64,000 bases of DNA from the human T2T-CHM13v2.0 reference genome, Homo sapiens, in assembly GCF_009914755.1 (NCBI RefSeq), contig NC_060931.1. One strand, 5' to 3'. The position numbers and the translations under genes are program-made. Under the pieces are notes generated by a model. That model saw only the letters and a list, made by a program, of their open reading frames with translations. It made no database searches and was not told the DNA's origin. Numbering within the stretch: position 1 is the stretch's first letter; each line of letters opens with the position of its first letter. Shown one piece after another: positions 22,514 through 41,348 of the stretch.

Positions 22514-23048
22514 TCATATCCAAATTTCTCAAGGCCCAACTCAAACACCACCTATTTTATAAACTTTTTTTTTTAAGATGTCTCACTCTGTCGTCCAGGC
22601 TGGAGTGCAGTGGCATGATCTCAGCTCACTGCAACCTCCACATCTCAGGTTCAAGTGATTCTCCTGCCTCAGCCTCTGGAGTAGCTGGGACTACAGGTGC
22701 CCACCATGCCCGGCTAATTTTTGTGTTTCTAGTAGAGATGGGGTTTCGCCATGTTTGCCAGGCTGGTCTCAAATTCCTCACCTCAGGTGATCTGCCTGCC
22801 TTGACCTCCCAAAGTGTTGGGATTACAGGCGTGAGCCACCACGCCCAGCTCTATAAACTTTCTATGATCTCAAAGCCTCCAAGATTCTTCTCCAGACCCT
22901 AATGGTATTCCACCTTCACGACCCCTCATGGCTCCTACTTCTCCACCTTCTCTGCTGCATCAGACCATAAGCTCCTTAAAGGCAGTGACCATGTGTTTAC
23001 CAGTTATACTTTACAAAGAACCTACCAAGATTATGTTTGCAACAAATA

Positions 23049-23207
23049 CAGTTGTCCCTCAGTATCCACAAATTCAACTGGTAGTGGATCAAAAATACCG
23101 GATTCAAGAGATGCAGAACATGGCCTACTGTGGGACTTGAGCATCTGCAGGTTTTGGTATCCACCAGGGTCCTGGAACCAACCCCTCCAGATACCAAGGG
23201 ACAACTG
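23049..23207. mobile_element. TcMar-Tigger MITE (MER2-like)
   Basis: TIRs CAGTTGTCCCTCAGTATC / GATACCAAGGGACAACTG with TA on both sides. Confidence 0.8.
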
Positions 23208-24133
23208 TATTTGTAAAATATTTTTATTTATTTATTTTTTTGAGACATAGTGTTGCTCTGTCGCCCAGGCCAGGCTGGAGTGCAGTGGCAAGATCTCGGC
23301 TCACTGCAACCTCCACCTCCAGGGCTCAAGCTGGGATTACAGGTGTGTGCCACCACACCCAGCTGATTTTTGTATTTTTAGTAGATGGGGTTTCACCATG
23401 TTGGCCAGGCTGGTCTCGAACTCCAGGCCTCAAGTGATCCATCTGCTTCAGTCTCCCAAAGTGCTGGGATTACAGACATGAGCCACCACGCCTGGCCAAT
23501 ATTTTTATTTTTTAATAAGACAAGGTCTCTTTCTGTTGCCCAGGCCGGAGCGCAGTGGTGCAATCATGGCTCACTGCAGCCTTGACCTCCAGGGCTCAGG
23601 CAATCCTCCTGCTTCAGCCTCCAGAGTACATGGGTCCAGAGGTGTGCACCACCACACTCAGCTAACTAAAAAAAAAAAAAAATTATTTGTAGAGATGGAG
23701 TCTCCCTTTGTTGCTGAGGCTGGTCTTAAACTCCTGGACTCAAGCAGTCCTCCTCCTCAGCCTCCCAAAGTGTTGGGATTACAGGCATGAGCTACTGCAC
23801 CCAGCCCATTATACTTTCCTTTGTTTAAACACATTAAAACAGTTATGTTGGCCAGGCATGATGGCTCACGGCTGTAATCCCAGCACTTTGGGAAATGGAA
23901 ACCGAGGTGGGTCCAGCCTGGGCAACATAGTGAGACCTTGTCTTTACAAAAAAAAAAAGGGTCAAGCGCAGTGGCTCACGACTGTAATCCCAGCACTTTG
24001 GGAGGCTGAGGTGGGTGGATAACGAGATTGGGAGTTCGAGAACAGCCTGGCTAAGGTGGTGAAACGTCGTCTGTACTAAAAATACAAAAATTAGCCAGGC
24101 ACAGTGGCAGGCACCTGTTATCCCGGCTACTCA

Positions 24134-24349
<216 letters not shown>

Positions 24350-25047
24350 CTAGAGTGCAGTGTCATGATCACGGCTCACGACAGCCTTGACCTCCTGGGC
24401 TCAAGAGATCCGCCCACCTCAGCCGTCGAGCAGGGGATGCTACAGGCATGCACCAACATGCCCAGCTAATTTTTGTTTTTGTTTTAGAGATGAGGTTTCA
24501 CCATGTTGCCCAGGCTGGTCTCGAACTTCTGGGCTCAAGCGATCTTCCCAAAGTGCTGGGATTACAGGCATGAGCCACTGTACCTGGCTGTTACATTTTT
24601 AAAAGATTATTACTTATTTTTTTAGAGACAGAGTTTCACCCTGTCGCCCGGGCTGGAGTGTAATGGCGCAATCGGGCTCCCTGCAACCTCCGCCTCCCAG
24701 GTTCAAGAGATTCTTGTACCTCAGCCTCCCAAGTAGCTGGGATTACAGACATGTGCCAGAACGCCCGGCTAATTTTTTGTATCTTTGGTAGAGATGGGGG
24801 TTTCACCACGCTGGTCAGGCTGATCTCGAACTCATGACCTCGTGATCCGCCCGCCTCAGCCTCCCAAAGTGCTGGGATTACAGGTGTGAGCCACCACGCC
24901 CGGCCTACATTTTTGTATTTGTTAATGAGACAGGGTCTTGCCATGTTGCCCAGGCTCGTCTTAACTCCCAGGCTCAGGCAATCTTCCTGCCTTAGCCTTC
25001 CAAAGTGCTGGGATTACAGGCCACTGTGCCCAGCCCTATATATATAA

Positions 25048-25251
<204 letters not shown>

Positions 25252-26852
25252 TAAAACAGGGGCCGGGTGCGGTGGCTCATGCCTGTAATCACAGCACTTT
25301 GGGAGGCCGAGGCGGGCAGATCATGAGGTCAGGAGATCGAGACCATCCTGGCTAACACAGTGAAACCCCGTCTCTACTAAAAATACAAAAAATTAGCTGG
25401 GCGTGGTGGCAGGCGCCTGTAGTCCCAGCTACTCGGGAGGCTGAGGCAGGAGAATGGTGTGAACCCGGGTGGCGGAGCTTGCGGTGAGCCGAGATCCCGC
25501 CACTGCCAGCCTGGGTGACAGAGCGAGACTCCGTCTCAAAAAAAACAAAAACAAAACATAGAACAGTAGAACTTGTATTATAGTCTCATCCATGACACCT
25601 GGAGCCCCTGTGAGAAATGAGGGGAATCACTCCGGGAAATAAACAGATCTGTGGCTGCCAGGGCCCGAGGGGAGGGGAAGAAATGGTGAATGATGCTAAC
25701 TGGACATGAGGTTTCCATTTGGGATAATAAAAAAGTTCGGAGCTGGACTGTGAGGACTGCCCAGCACTGTGAATGTACTCAGTACTCAGTACCACTGAAA
25801 TGCACACTTCACAATGGTGACAAAAGTAACTCTTGGCCAGGTGCAGTGGCTCACACATGTAATCCCAGCACTTTGGGAGCCTAAGGGGTTCGAAACCAGC
25901 CTGGCCAACATGGTGAAACCCCACCTCTACTAAAATTACAAAAATTAGTCAGACGTGGTGGTGCACGTCTGTAATCCCAGCTACTTGGGAGGCAGAGGTT
26001 GCAGTGAGTTGAGAACACACCACTGTACTCCAGCCTGCTGGGTGACAGAGTGAGACTCTGTCTCAAAAAACAAACAAACAAAAACCTTTTATGTTACGTG
26101 TATTTTACCACAAGGGGGGAAAAAAAGAACTCATGAATCCCTCCGAACTACATGGACCTGTGGAAAACACATCCATGGGCTGCATTTGGTGTACACAGGG
26201 ATGGAATTTGGTTTTGTTTTTTGAGATGGAGTCTCGCTCCGTCACCCAGGCTGGAGCGCAGTGGCGCAGTCTTGGCTCACTGCAACCTCCACCTCCCAGG
26301 TTCGAGCAATGCTCGTCTCAGCCTCCCAAGTAGCTGGGACTAAAGGCGCCTGCCACCATGCCTGGCTAATTTTTGTATTTTTAGTAGAGATGGGGTCTCA
26401 TTTTGCTGGTCAGGCTGGTCTTGAACTCCTGAGCTCAGATGATCCACCCACCTCAGCCTCCCAAAGTGCTAAGATTACAGGCGGGAGCCACTGCGCCTGG
26501 CCTGGTTTTTATGTTTTAATTTAAAAATATTGTTTAGATAGAGATAGGGTCTTGCTGTGTTGCCCAGGCTGGTCTCAAACTCCTAGCCTCAAGTGATCCT
26601 CCTGCCTCGGCCTCCCAAAGTGCTGGGATAAGAAGTATGAGCCACCACGCCCAGCGAGAAGCATAATTTGAACTACGTGACAGCTTCAAAGGGAGGCTAG
26701 AAATCACTGTCATGAAGTCCACACTGTGGGAGTGAAAGGATGGGCAGGCCCAGCCCACAGTGACCCCACAAGCACTCAGCCACCACCCCCACCCCGGCCC
26801 GCAACCTTCAAGAAGGAAGCACTCAGATACCAACAGGACATATTTCAAATAG

Positions 26853-26858
26853 TTTAAT
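26853..26858 (-). terminator. BCL7B: BCL7B polyadenylation signal ATTAAA (cleavage inferred at ~26835; 3' UTR ~0.95 kb)
   Basis: ATTAAA at the end of a U-rich repeat-free stretch, followed by GU-rich sequence (tgtcctgttggt). Confidence 0.7.
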
Positions 26859-27780
26859 TTTAAAAATATTCTATTCAGTGCTAAAATATGTCTTCACTCA
26901 CTGTTGCCCATTTCCATTTTCTTAAACTTTTTTGAAACAAAAAATAAAATCACAAAGTTCAATTCAACATGCAGATTTCAAAGAAAAGGGAGCTTTCTAG
27001 AAACTGAGCTGAAGGGGTACTGTGGGGGATGGGTACTGTTGTCAGAACCTCAAATTCTTGCTGGGGCAGTTTGTGACAAGAGGCAGGGATGCTGGAATGA
27101 CAGGTAGAGGTGAGAACAAAGCTGCGTGTGTGCAGATGTGTGTGCTGAGGGCAGGGGATGGGGACGGCGGCCACAAAGGGCTGTCAGCAGCTAGGGTGCC
27201 CGTGAGAGGTAGGACCACCTCAGGCATGGGCAGAGCTGGCAGGACAGCAAGAAATCTAGACGGACTCTCTGCCCTTGTGTGGAGAAAAGCCCTTCCCTTC
27301 CCTCCAATGTCTCTACCCAGTCCTCCAACAGCAGCCTACAGGGCCCCCAGTCCTAGGGGAAAGTCCGGGAGTCTACAGTCTCCGTTCAAGTTCAAGTAAC
27401 CTGAGGCACGCTCTCTTCTAGAAGGTGCCTTCCACATCTCTCTCTTCTCGCAGAAGCTGCCAGCAGCTCCGTCCAGAGATTCTGGAGCAGAGACTGCTGC
27501 CTGGAGGTCACAGATGAATCTTGGGGTGGCCGATGCTCCAGCCAACTTGGGGTGCAAAAAAGACATGAGCGCTCCTCTTCTCGGGAGCAAGTAGACACAG
27601 GTGCCAGGGTCAGGAAGATGATGCTACAGCCCCAAGTCCTACGCCAGCCTTCCAGCCCGGAAGGCTCATGTGTGCAGGCTCTTGACCCCAGTGCTTGCCC
27701 TTACCCCAGCAACGCGGCGCGGCCAGAACCAGAATGCAATAAATAGAGGCAGGGCCAGGAGGCGGAGGGCCGGGATGGTG

Positions 27781-27873
27781 CTAGCTTTCTGACGCCGTCT
27801 GCGGCACTGTGGGTTGGTCCACACAGAAGCGCTTCAGGGGCGGGGCACCTGAGTCTTCCTCTTCCTCAACGAC
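27781..27873 (-). CDS. BCL7B: BCL7B exon 6 (last coding): VVEEEEDSGAPPLKRFCVDQPTVPQTASES*
   Basis: Acceptor ctcctag|GTC and TAG stop at 27783-27781. Total CDS 92+76+97+171+80+93 = 609 nt. Confidence 0.95.
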   Translation of the reverse strand, partial: VVEEEEDSGAPPLKRFCVDQPTVPQTASES

Positions 27874-28088
27874 CTAGGAGCAGGCAGAGCATGGAATGCC
27901 AGGGCCACCCCTCCCAACCAGAACCTTCCCACCCACCCGAATTATAATGGGATGTCCACTCTGCTCCTTCCAGCAGATGATCAAACATCCTCCCCTGCCT
28001 ACAACCCTGGGACTCATTTCCGGCGCTGCAGATCCAACCCCACATCCACAGTCTTTCCTGGTTTTTTGACTTAGAAACTGGGAAGCCT

Positions 28089-28390
28089 GGCCGGGCACAG
28101 TGGCTCACACCTATAATCCCAGCACATTGGGAGGCTGAGATGGGTGGATCACTTGGGCTCAGGAGTTCGAGACTAGCCTGGCCAACATAGTGAAACCCCA
28201 TCTCTACTAAAAATACAAAAATTAGCCAGGTGTGGTAGTGGGCGCCTGTAATCCCAGCTACTCAGGAGGCTGAAACAGGAGAATTGCTTGAACCCAGGAG
28301 GCAGTGGAGGTTGTAGTGAGCCAGGATCGCACCACTGCACTCTAGTCTGGGCAACAGCGAGACCCTGCCTTAAACCAAAAAAACAAAAAA
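28089..28390 (+). mobile_element. AluS-type element filling more than half of BCL7B intron 5 (antisense to the gene)
   Basis: Full Alu consensus. Flanking repeat aaactgg(g/a)aa. Confidence 0.88.
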
Positions 28391-28416
28391 CTGGAAAACT
28401 CAAAGTGATTGCTTAC

Positions 28417-28496
28417 CTGTGTCTCTAGTGGAACTGGTTCTTCCTTGGTGAGGGTAGGAGGTTCATCAGCAACTTCCGAGGAGGGCAGGGAGGGCT
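28417..28496 (-). CDS. BCL7B: BCL7B exon 5, 80 nt: (E)PSLPSSEVADEPPTLTKEEPVPLETQ
   Basis: ttttcag|AG CCC ... ACA CAG|gtaagc. Confidence 0.95.
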
Positions 28497-29410
28497 CTGA
28501 AAAGGCAGTAGGGTCGGCCTGAGGGCAGGGCTCCCCTGAGGCCTGGACCTGGGGGAGCTTCCTTAGAGCTGTGTGGAGGTGGCTTGGTGAGGAGGGGAGA
28601 ATACTGGCCTGAGAAGCAAACATTCATTCAGGGCCCAGCTGGACCAGGTCACAGCCAAGAATGGTGGAAGGGCAAAATACGGCTAGACTGCAGAGGGCCA
28701 TCTCTGCTGGGCTGGAGATATCTGGAACCGACAAAGCAGCTCATCTTGTCATCCTCTAGCCCAAACATCACAACTCTAACTCAATCTCCCAGTTTTCTGA
28801 GAGTTGCTATGAGGACGAGATGAAGTAATAAAACACAGGAGCTAAGAACAGCACATGCCAAATAGTAAGAACACAATAAATATTAACTACAATTGGCATT
28901 TCCCATGGAGAAACAAGTTCCATTTTGTAGTTGGCTGTTAACAGGTCACAGCACAGGAGAAGGTAACAAGGGCCTAAGACACATCTATATATCCATATTA
29001 TAACAAGAAACCTGGGTCGGGCATGGTGGCTCACACCTATAATCCCAGCTACTCTGGAGGCTGAGGTGGGAGGATCACTTGAAGCCCAGGAGTTCAAGAC
29101 CAGCCTGGGCAACATAGTGAGACTCCATTTCTACAGAAAATTAAAAGAAAGCCAGGCATGGTGGCAAAGGCTTACAGTCCTACTACTACGGAGTCTGAGG
29201 CAAGAGGATCACTTGACCCCAGGAGTTCAAGACTGCAGTGAGCTAGGATTCAGCCACTGCATTCTAGCCTGGGCAACAGAGCAAGACCCTATCTCTTTAA
29301 AAAAAAAAAAAAAAAAAAAAAGAAAAGAAAAAAATTTAGCATGTAATGCAGACAGCATAAATGCTGAAAATAGAAGGACTTAAAGTGACATTCATTCCAA
29401 CAGTTACTAG

Positions 29411-29662
<252 letters not shown>

Positions 29663-29726
29663 TAACTCTTGACCTCAGGTGATCCACCCACTTCGGCCTC
29701 CCAAAGTGCTGGGATTACAGGTGTGA

Positions 29727-29915
<189 letters not shown>

Positions 29916-29921
29916 TAGTAG

Positions 29922-30125
<204 letters not shown>

Positions 30126-30364
30126 TAGCAGGCGTCAAATACTCAAGTTCCTTCCACACAGCCTGGCACGCAACTCTAATGCTTGTTTTCTCCCTTCCCT
30201 CTGTGAAAGGGGAAACTATAATCATTCCTAAGCTATCGAGAAAGGGCTTGGTGCTGCCTGGCTCTGAGGTGCTCTCTCGAGCCTGTTACTCTAAAGACGA
30301 GACACAACAAGAGCAGAAAGCAAGGCCCTTCTAGGAAACTCATCCTCGGCCAACCACGACTCAC

Positions 30365-30535
30365 CCTCCAGGATCTCCTGGCCCAGCGTTGGGGGCTGGG
30401 AGTCATCCGTGCGGAAGTCGGAGGTGTGTGCTGGGCTCAGGGACTCACTCTGCTGGGGGCTGGGGCTTGAGTTGGTGCTGCTGTCCACCTTAAGCTGATA
30501 GACGTCAGACACGGAACTCTGGTTGCTGTTTTCGT
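30365..30535 (-). CDS. BCL7B: BCL7B exon 4, 171 nt: (D)ENSNQSSVSDVYQLKV...LGQEILE
   Basis: ttttcag|AC GAA ... GAG G|gtgagt. Phase 1-1. Confidence 0.95.
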
Positions 30536-31156
30536 CTGAAAACCAAACAGAACAAAGGCAGCAGCTGAGCGTGGTCATTTTCCTCAAGAGGAACTCTGGA
30601 CAGAGCCAAGGGCCTGGCATCACTTTAGGCAGCCAAGGATACAACTGAGTATAATAATCATTGTGCCCGGCCTACACGACATAGATTCTAAGCACCAGAG
30701 GCAGCCAGAATCTTTATGTTTATGCAACATTACACTTTAGGAAGGTCAGGATATGCTTATTAAACTCTTCTTTATTATCCACTGATTGCAGCTTGTGGAA
30801 GGGAGGGATGTAGCTGTGTCTCTGGTCAGTACTTCTCAATCCTTCTCACATCATAAGATGTGTAGAAAATGACATTTGTCAGGCATCCTTGGGCATCTGA
30901 AGGAGGCTGGTGGTGTCTGAAGGTGGTGAGCTCAGGCTTCGGCTGCCGGACTGACGGATTAGCACCTGGGAGTTCTGCCTGAAGGCTTAAAGTCACCATC
31001 AAGGTGCAAAACTTAAGAGTTACCAGGCCGAGGCCAGGCACGGTGGCTCACGCCTGTAATCCCAGCACTTTGGGAGGCCGAGGTGGGCAGATCACAAGGT
31101 CAGGACATCGAGACCATCCTGGCTAACACGGTGAAACCCCGTCTCTACTAAAATTA

Positions 31157-31678
<522 letters not shown>

Positions 31679-31974
31679 TCACCAATGCATTCCTCCGCTG
31701 CACCTACAGTAGCCAGTCACCAAAGTGTTTCCCCCTCCTGCTCTGGTATCATTTGTGCTCATTCCTTCCTCTCCTACTGCTTCAGTTCAAGCCTCATCAT
31801 CTCCAGCCTGGCCTCCTGCAACAGCCACATACCTCACTGCCCTGCCTCCAGTCTCACGTACCTTAAACTGAACTGCAAACCACTGCCAGAGAGACCTTTC
31901 TAAACCCTTCGACGCTCCACTGCTGCCTAAGGGAGAAATGTCATACCCAGTACTTTTTTTTTTTTTTTTTTTGA

Positions 31975-32315
<341 letters not shown>

Positions 32316-33650
32316 TGATCTCTGGCCTCAGTGCCTACTGTTCTCCTACAAGCATCCTCAGCTCCAGGCAGACTGGACCCTAACCCAAGAGCTTCGTCAT
32401 GCATGGGTGCTTCTGCCCAGCTGTTCCTTGGCTAGGCTGCCTTCTCTTGTCCTGGAAAGCCTCAGACCTCCCAACACAGCCCCGACATCACTTCTTCCGC
32501 GGAGCCCTACCTCCCTGGCTCGCATAGGTGGAAATGCCCACCCTCTCTTACTCTCCTGTGATAGCCTGTGCACGCCTGCATTTATCATTTCGCACACGTG
32601 CTTCCTCCCATGAGCCTCTGTGGACAGGCTCTGTGGCTCACTTGTCCTTGACTCCCCAGTGCAACGCACGGTACCTGCATACAGTGGGAGTTCATTAAGT
32701 GTTTACTAAATGAAAAGGAGGAGATGGTGGCCAGACTGAGGAAATGGAGCCTCATATGTCTCCCAGAGCCTTCTGACTACTGAACACACGTTGGTGTTCC
32801 CTTTCCAACAGCACATGGTTGACCTTGGTGGGGCCTGGGAAAGAGGTGGGGAAGGAATAACTACACGCTGGGTTAGCTCCAATCTGGTTTTGAAGAGAAA
32901 GTCATAAACTCATGCTAGTCTTGACTCCTATAAAGACCTTTAATACCCACACTAAAATGGAAGTAGCATTTTGTCACCAAATGAATAAAACTGTCACTTT
33001 TGAGCTTAGACAAAACACTGTTCCTCCCTGAGCATCAGTTTCCTTAAATAGGGATGATAATAACTGCCTGGTTTATATCACAGGCTGATACATGGGTAAA
33101 AATGAGAAAGTAAAGTAAAAGTGCTTCGTAGACAGTACCTAGCAGGTAGGTGTAAAAGGCAGTATCATGACTACGGTGATGATCCGGCGGGATTGGTTTA
33201 GGAGGCAGAACATGTCCTAACAGTGGGTAAGCAGAAGCTTCGGCTTTGGGTAGCCTACTCTAAGCGACTATGATAAAACATACAGTCTAGGCCAGGTGCA
33301 GTGGCTCATGCTTGTACCTTGGGAGGTCAAGGCTGGGGGACTGCTTGAGGCCAGGAGTTCACAACCAGCCTGGACAACATAGCCAGACTCTGTCTCTACA
33401 AAAAATAAAAAATAAAAAATGAAGTACAATCTAAAAAAAAGCTTCTGATTCGGACAACCAGGACCTGACATGGAGTCTGTCACTTACAAGTTATGTAACT
33501 TTAGACACGTAACTTAACCTCTCTGAGCCTCAGTTTCCTTAACTGGAAAATGAGAATACCATTACCTATCTTGCAGAGTTATCGTGAAGTTTAAATGAAA
33601 AGATTTAGGTCAAGTGCCTCGCAAAATACCAGCGAAACAGCAGGCACTGA

Positions 33651-33884
<234 letters not shown>

Positions 33885-34035
33885 TGAACTCCTGACCTCA
33901 GGTGATCTGCCCGCCTCAGACTCCCAAAGTGCTGAGGTTACAGGTGTGAGTCACTGCACCTGGCCAATTCTTCTTATTAATGCATTCATCCAAGTTTTCA
34001 TTCTCCTGCAAGGAAGACACAGAGATGCAACTCAC

Positions 34036-34132
34036 CCTGGAATTCAAGAAGGAGAGAGGAATTGGCTGAGGCATCAGAAGGAAAGCCATTAGGTTCTCGG
34101 GCTGCTGAACTGTTCGATTTTGACTTTTCTTT
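34036..34132 (-). CDS. BCL7B: BCL7B exon 3, 97 nt: KEKSKSNSSAAREPNGFPSDASANSSLLLEFQ
   Basis: ttttctag|AAA GAA ... CAG G|gtgagt. Confidence 0.95.
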
Positions 34133-34881
34133 CTAGAAAAGGAAAAAAAGAGGAATATGACAGAGCCAAGCAGGAGACTCACAGAGAGGGAGGAGGGTGC
34201 TATGTGACAGACCACAGAGGTCTGGATTAGGACTGAACAGGAAAAACGACAGCAGCGTGAGAATCCAAGGACCCAAGGAAGAACAGAATCCTGGACAAGC
34301 AACTTCTCCTCAAGCCTCAGAAAAATGAACCCTTCCAGCAGGAATACTGTGAATCATAAGCAACAGGCAGATACATACACTTCGACTAGAACATCCCATA
34401 GTATCCCTCTCCTGCCCTGATCAAATTGCGCCAGGCAACCCTTCTCTATACGAATGGGCAAGAAATACAAAACACTCATTTGAGAAAGATTCCTGTTTCA
34501 GTAGCAGAGTGGGGAAAAAGTGAGAGAAGAAGGAACCTCATGTAACACAGACAGTGACAGGACAAATGGGCCCAGGCTGGCTCTATTCCTGATCCGTCAT
34601 CCTCATCCATTCAAAACGACCACCCCAGCCGGGCGCACTGGTTCACGCCTGTAATCCCAGCACTTTGGGAGGCCAAGACGCATGGATCACCTGAGGTCAG
34701 GAGTTCAAGATCAGCCTGGCCAACATTGTGAAACCCTATCTCTACTAAAAATACAAAAATCAGCCGAGTGTGGTGGCATGTGCCTGTAATCCCAGCTACT
34801 TGGGAGGCTGAGGCAGGAGAATTGCTTGAGGTGGAGGTTGCAGTGAACCAAGATGGCACTACTGCACTCCAGCCTGGGCTA

Positions 34882-35621
<740 letters not shown>

Positions 35622-35661
35622 TCAAATTTACCAGTTCACACTTTTTATACATTTCCGGTAG

Positions 35662-36096
<435 letters not shown>

Positions 36097-36400
36097 TAAT
36101 GGCCAGAGCCAGGCTGGATGGGGGAATAAACAGTTGCTCCAGAACCACGCCCCATCAACTCCATGAGTTTGGCATCCTAGAACTTCTTGGGATGGCTGCT
36201 CTCAGATAAAGGCAGAGTCCATACAGTTGGTGCTAGGAGGTTCCCTGGAGCCAGAGAGGACAGCAGAGAGCAAAAGGGAGAGGCTGAACCCTGAGGCTAA
36301 CCTCAACCTCCTAAATTCATTTACAGAAAGGAAAACTGGCCGGGCGCGGTGGCTCACGCCTGTAATCCCAGCACTGTGGGAGGCCGAGGTGGGCCGATCA

Positions 36401-36897
<497 letters not shown>

Positions 36898-37442
36898 TCA
36901 CAGCACTTTTTGGGAGGCCAAGGTAGGCAGATCACTTGAGGTCAGGAGTTCGAGACCAGCCTAGCCAATATGGTGAAACCTGTCTCTACTAAAAATAGAA
37001 AAAAATTAGCTGGGCATGGTGGCACATGCCTGTAATCCCAGCTACTCAGGAGGCTGAGGCAGTAGAATCATTTGAACCTGCAAAGTGGAGGCTGCAGTGA
37101 GATGAGATCATGCCACTGCACTCCAGCCTGGGTGACACAGCGAGACTCTGTCTCAAAAAAAAAAAAAGTCGTTTTGAGGAAGAACCAATTGAGGCAATTT
37201 GTTATGAAAAATACAATTGCTCAAATAAAAATTAAGTGAATGAGGTTAATTGAAATACATACAGCTAAATAAAAGATTAATGAGCAAAAACTGCGTTGAG
37301 AAACTCAGAATGCACCAGGAAAGACAAGAAATGAAATGAATGAGAGAAAAGTTAAGAAATAAAGCAGTTGGCCAGGCGTGGTGGCTCACGCCTGTAATCC
37401 CAGCACTTTGGGAGGCCAAGGCGGGCGGATCACCTAAGGTCA

Positions 37443-37637
<195 letters not shown>

Positions 37638-38029
37638 TCAAAAAAAAAAGCAAGCAAGCAAGCAGCTGCGTGGGTGCAGTGGCTCACACCTGTGATCCCA
37701 GCACTTTGGGAGGCCAAGACAGAAGGATCGCTTGAGCCCAGGAGTTTGAGACCAGCCTGGGAAATACAGCAAGACCCTGTCTCTACAAATAATTTAAAAG
37801 TTTGCCAGGCGTGGTGGCACGTGCCTGTAGTCCCCGTTACTTGGGAGGTGGAGACATAACTATTTCTTGAGCTCAGGAATTTGAGGCTACAGTGAACCAT
37901 CATTGCACCACTGTACTCCAGCATGAGCTATGGAGTGAGACAGTCTCAAAAAAAAAGGAAAAGAAATATTACAGGATATTTTGAGGGAATTCCTAGGAGA
38001 TCAAATATAGAAGAAATGCTAAAGTTTCC

Positions 38030-38290
38030 AGGAAGCCAAGTAGATCACCTACAAAGACTCAAGCATGGGAATAACATCACATTTCTTAACAGCGACACTG
38101 GATGTACAATTCAGTAATAGCTTCAAAGTGCTGAAAGAAAATAATTTTGAACCTAGAATTTCATATACAGGTAAAATCATCAATTTTCAACATGAAAGTG
38201 AAACAAAGATATTTTCAGAAAGTTTTCCCCACAGAAGCTCTCTTTGACAAAACTCTTGAAGGATGTATTCTAGCAAAAAGAAAAACAAAT
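38030..38290 (+). mobile_element. Degraded L1 ORF1 C-terminal fragment
   Basis: Translation FKVLKENNFEPRISYTGKI...ESETKIFSE resembles the LINE-1 ORF1p C-terminal domain. Confidence 0.7.
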
Positions 38291-38713
38291 GTAGGAGAAA
38301 ACAGTAAGAAGTCGGTGCATGAGGCTGAGCACAGTGGTTCACACCTGTTACCCCAGCACTTTGGGAGGCCTAGATGGGCAAATCACTTGAGGTCAGGAGT
38401 TCAACACCAGCCTGGCCAACATCATGAAACCCCGTCTCTACCAAAAAATACAAAAATTAGGCTGGGTGTGGCAGCATGCACCTGTAGTTTCAGCTACTGG
38501 GAGGCTAGGCACCAGAACTGCTTGCACCCAGGAGGCGGAGGCTGCAGTGAGCCAAGATTACGTCACTGCACTCCAGCCTCAGAGTGACACCCTGTCTCAA
38601 AAAAAAAAATGTAGGTGCATGAAATTTTAGGCGAGCCTGGGCGCAGTGGCTCACGCCTGTAATCCCAGCACTTCGGAAGGCGGAGGTGGGCAGAACACGA
38701 GCTCAGGAGATCA

Positions 38714-39016
<303 letters not shown>

Positions 39017-39104
39017 TCACTGGAGCCCAGGAGACAAAAGTAGAAGTAAACCGAGATTACATCACTGCATTCCAGCCTGGGCGACAGATTGAAACCGTGT
39101 CTTA

Positions 39105-39415
<311 letters not shown>

Positions 39416-40662
39416 TCAAAAAAACAAACAAACAAACAAAAAAAACTCCAAAAAACAAAACTCCTGTTTCTGGTGGGAATATAAATTGGTACAACTACCA
39501 TTTCAGCAAATAGTTTAGCATCAGCTAATATAGGTCAAAACATACATACCCTAAGACCCAGCCACTTCCCTTCCAAGAATATATCCTAGGAAAACTCATG
39601 TACATGTTGATGTGGATTCTGAACAAGAATGCTCACAGGGGCATTGTTCCTATTGGCCCTAACTGTGGACAACCTCAATATCTACAGGAGAACCAGAAAA
39701 ATAAACTACACTTAGCCATGTGATGAATATGCAGCAAAATACAGCAGAGAGAGCAATGGAAAGGAATGGGTAACTCCAAGGACAACATGGATGCATTTTA
39801 CAAACATAATGCTGAGCAAAAGAAACAAGACACACGAAAATAGATACTTTATCATGCTGTTTCCATAACACTCAAAATGTTAGAGGCTGGTGCAGTGGCA
39901 CATGCCTGTAATCCCAGCTATTTGGGAGGCTGAGATAAGATCCCTTGAGCCCAAAAGTTCAAATCCAGCCTGGGCAACAATGAGACCCCCCACCATCTCT
40001 AAAAAAGGAAAAAGCGTGGGTACGATGGCTCATGCCTAAAATCCCACCACTTTGGGAGGCCGAGGTGGGAAGATCATTTGATCCCAGGAATTTGAGACCT
40101 ATCAGCCTAGGTTGACATAGCAAACTCCCATCTCTCCAAAACAAACAAAAAAAAGAAAGAAAAAAAATTAGCTGGGCATGATGGCATATGCCTGTGGTCC
40201 CAGCTTCTCAGGAGGCTGAGGTGGGAGGATTGCTTGAGCCTGGGAGGTCAAGGCTCCAGTGAGCTGAGATCATGACACTGCACTCCAGCTTCGGTGACAT
40301 AGTGAGATTTTGTCTCTGGAAAAAAAATCTCAAAAATAATAATAAAGGAAAAACTGTTTATGAATGACTAGACAAGTGGTAAGAAAAGCAAAAGTAGGAG
40401 AGTCATTACCTTTAGAGGGACAGGAGGAAGAGGATGGGAAGAGCTGCAGAGAGGTCTGCTGGGGTCTTGGCAAAGCTGTGTTTTGCAGAGTGGTTCTCAC
40501 AAGAGTGTTAGCTTTATATTTATTCATACACTGTACATTTATGTTTTATATACTTCTCTGTATGTGTTTTATATTTGAAAATTTAAAAAACAATTAGAAA
40601 AAATAAAGTTGGAAACAATCTGGGTATTTATCACCCAGAAAATATGTAGATAAAGGTACTCA

Positions 40663-41348
<686 letters not shown>

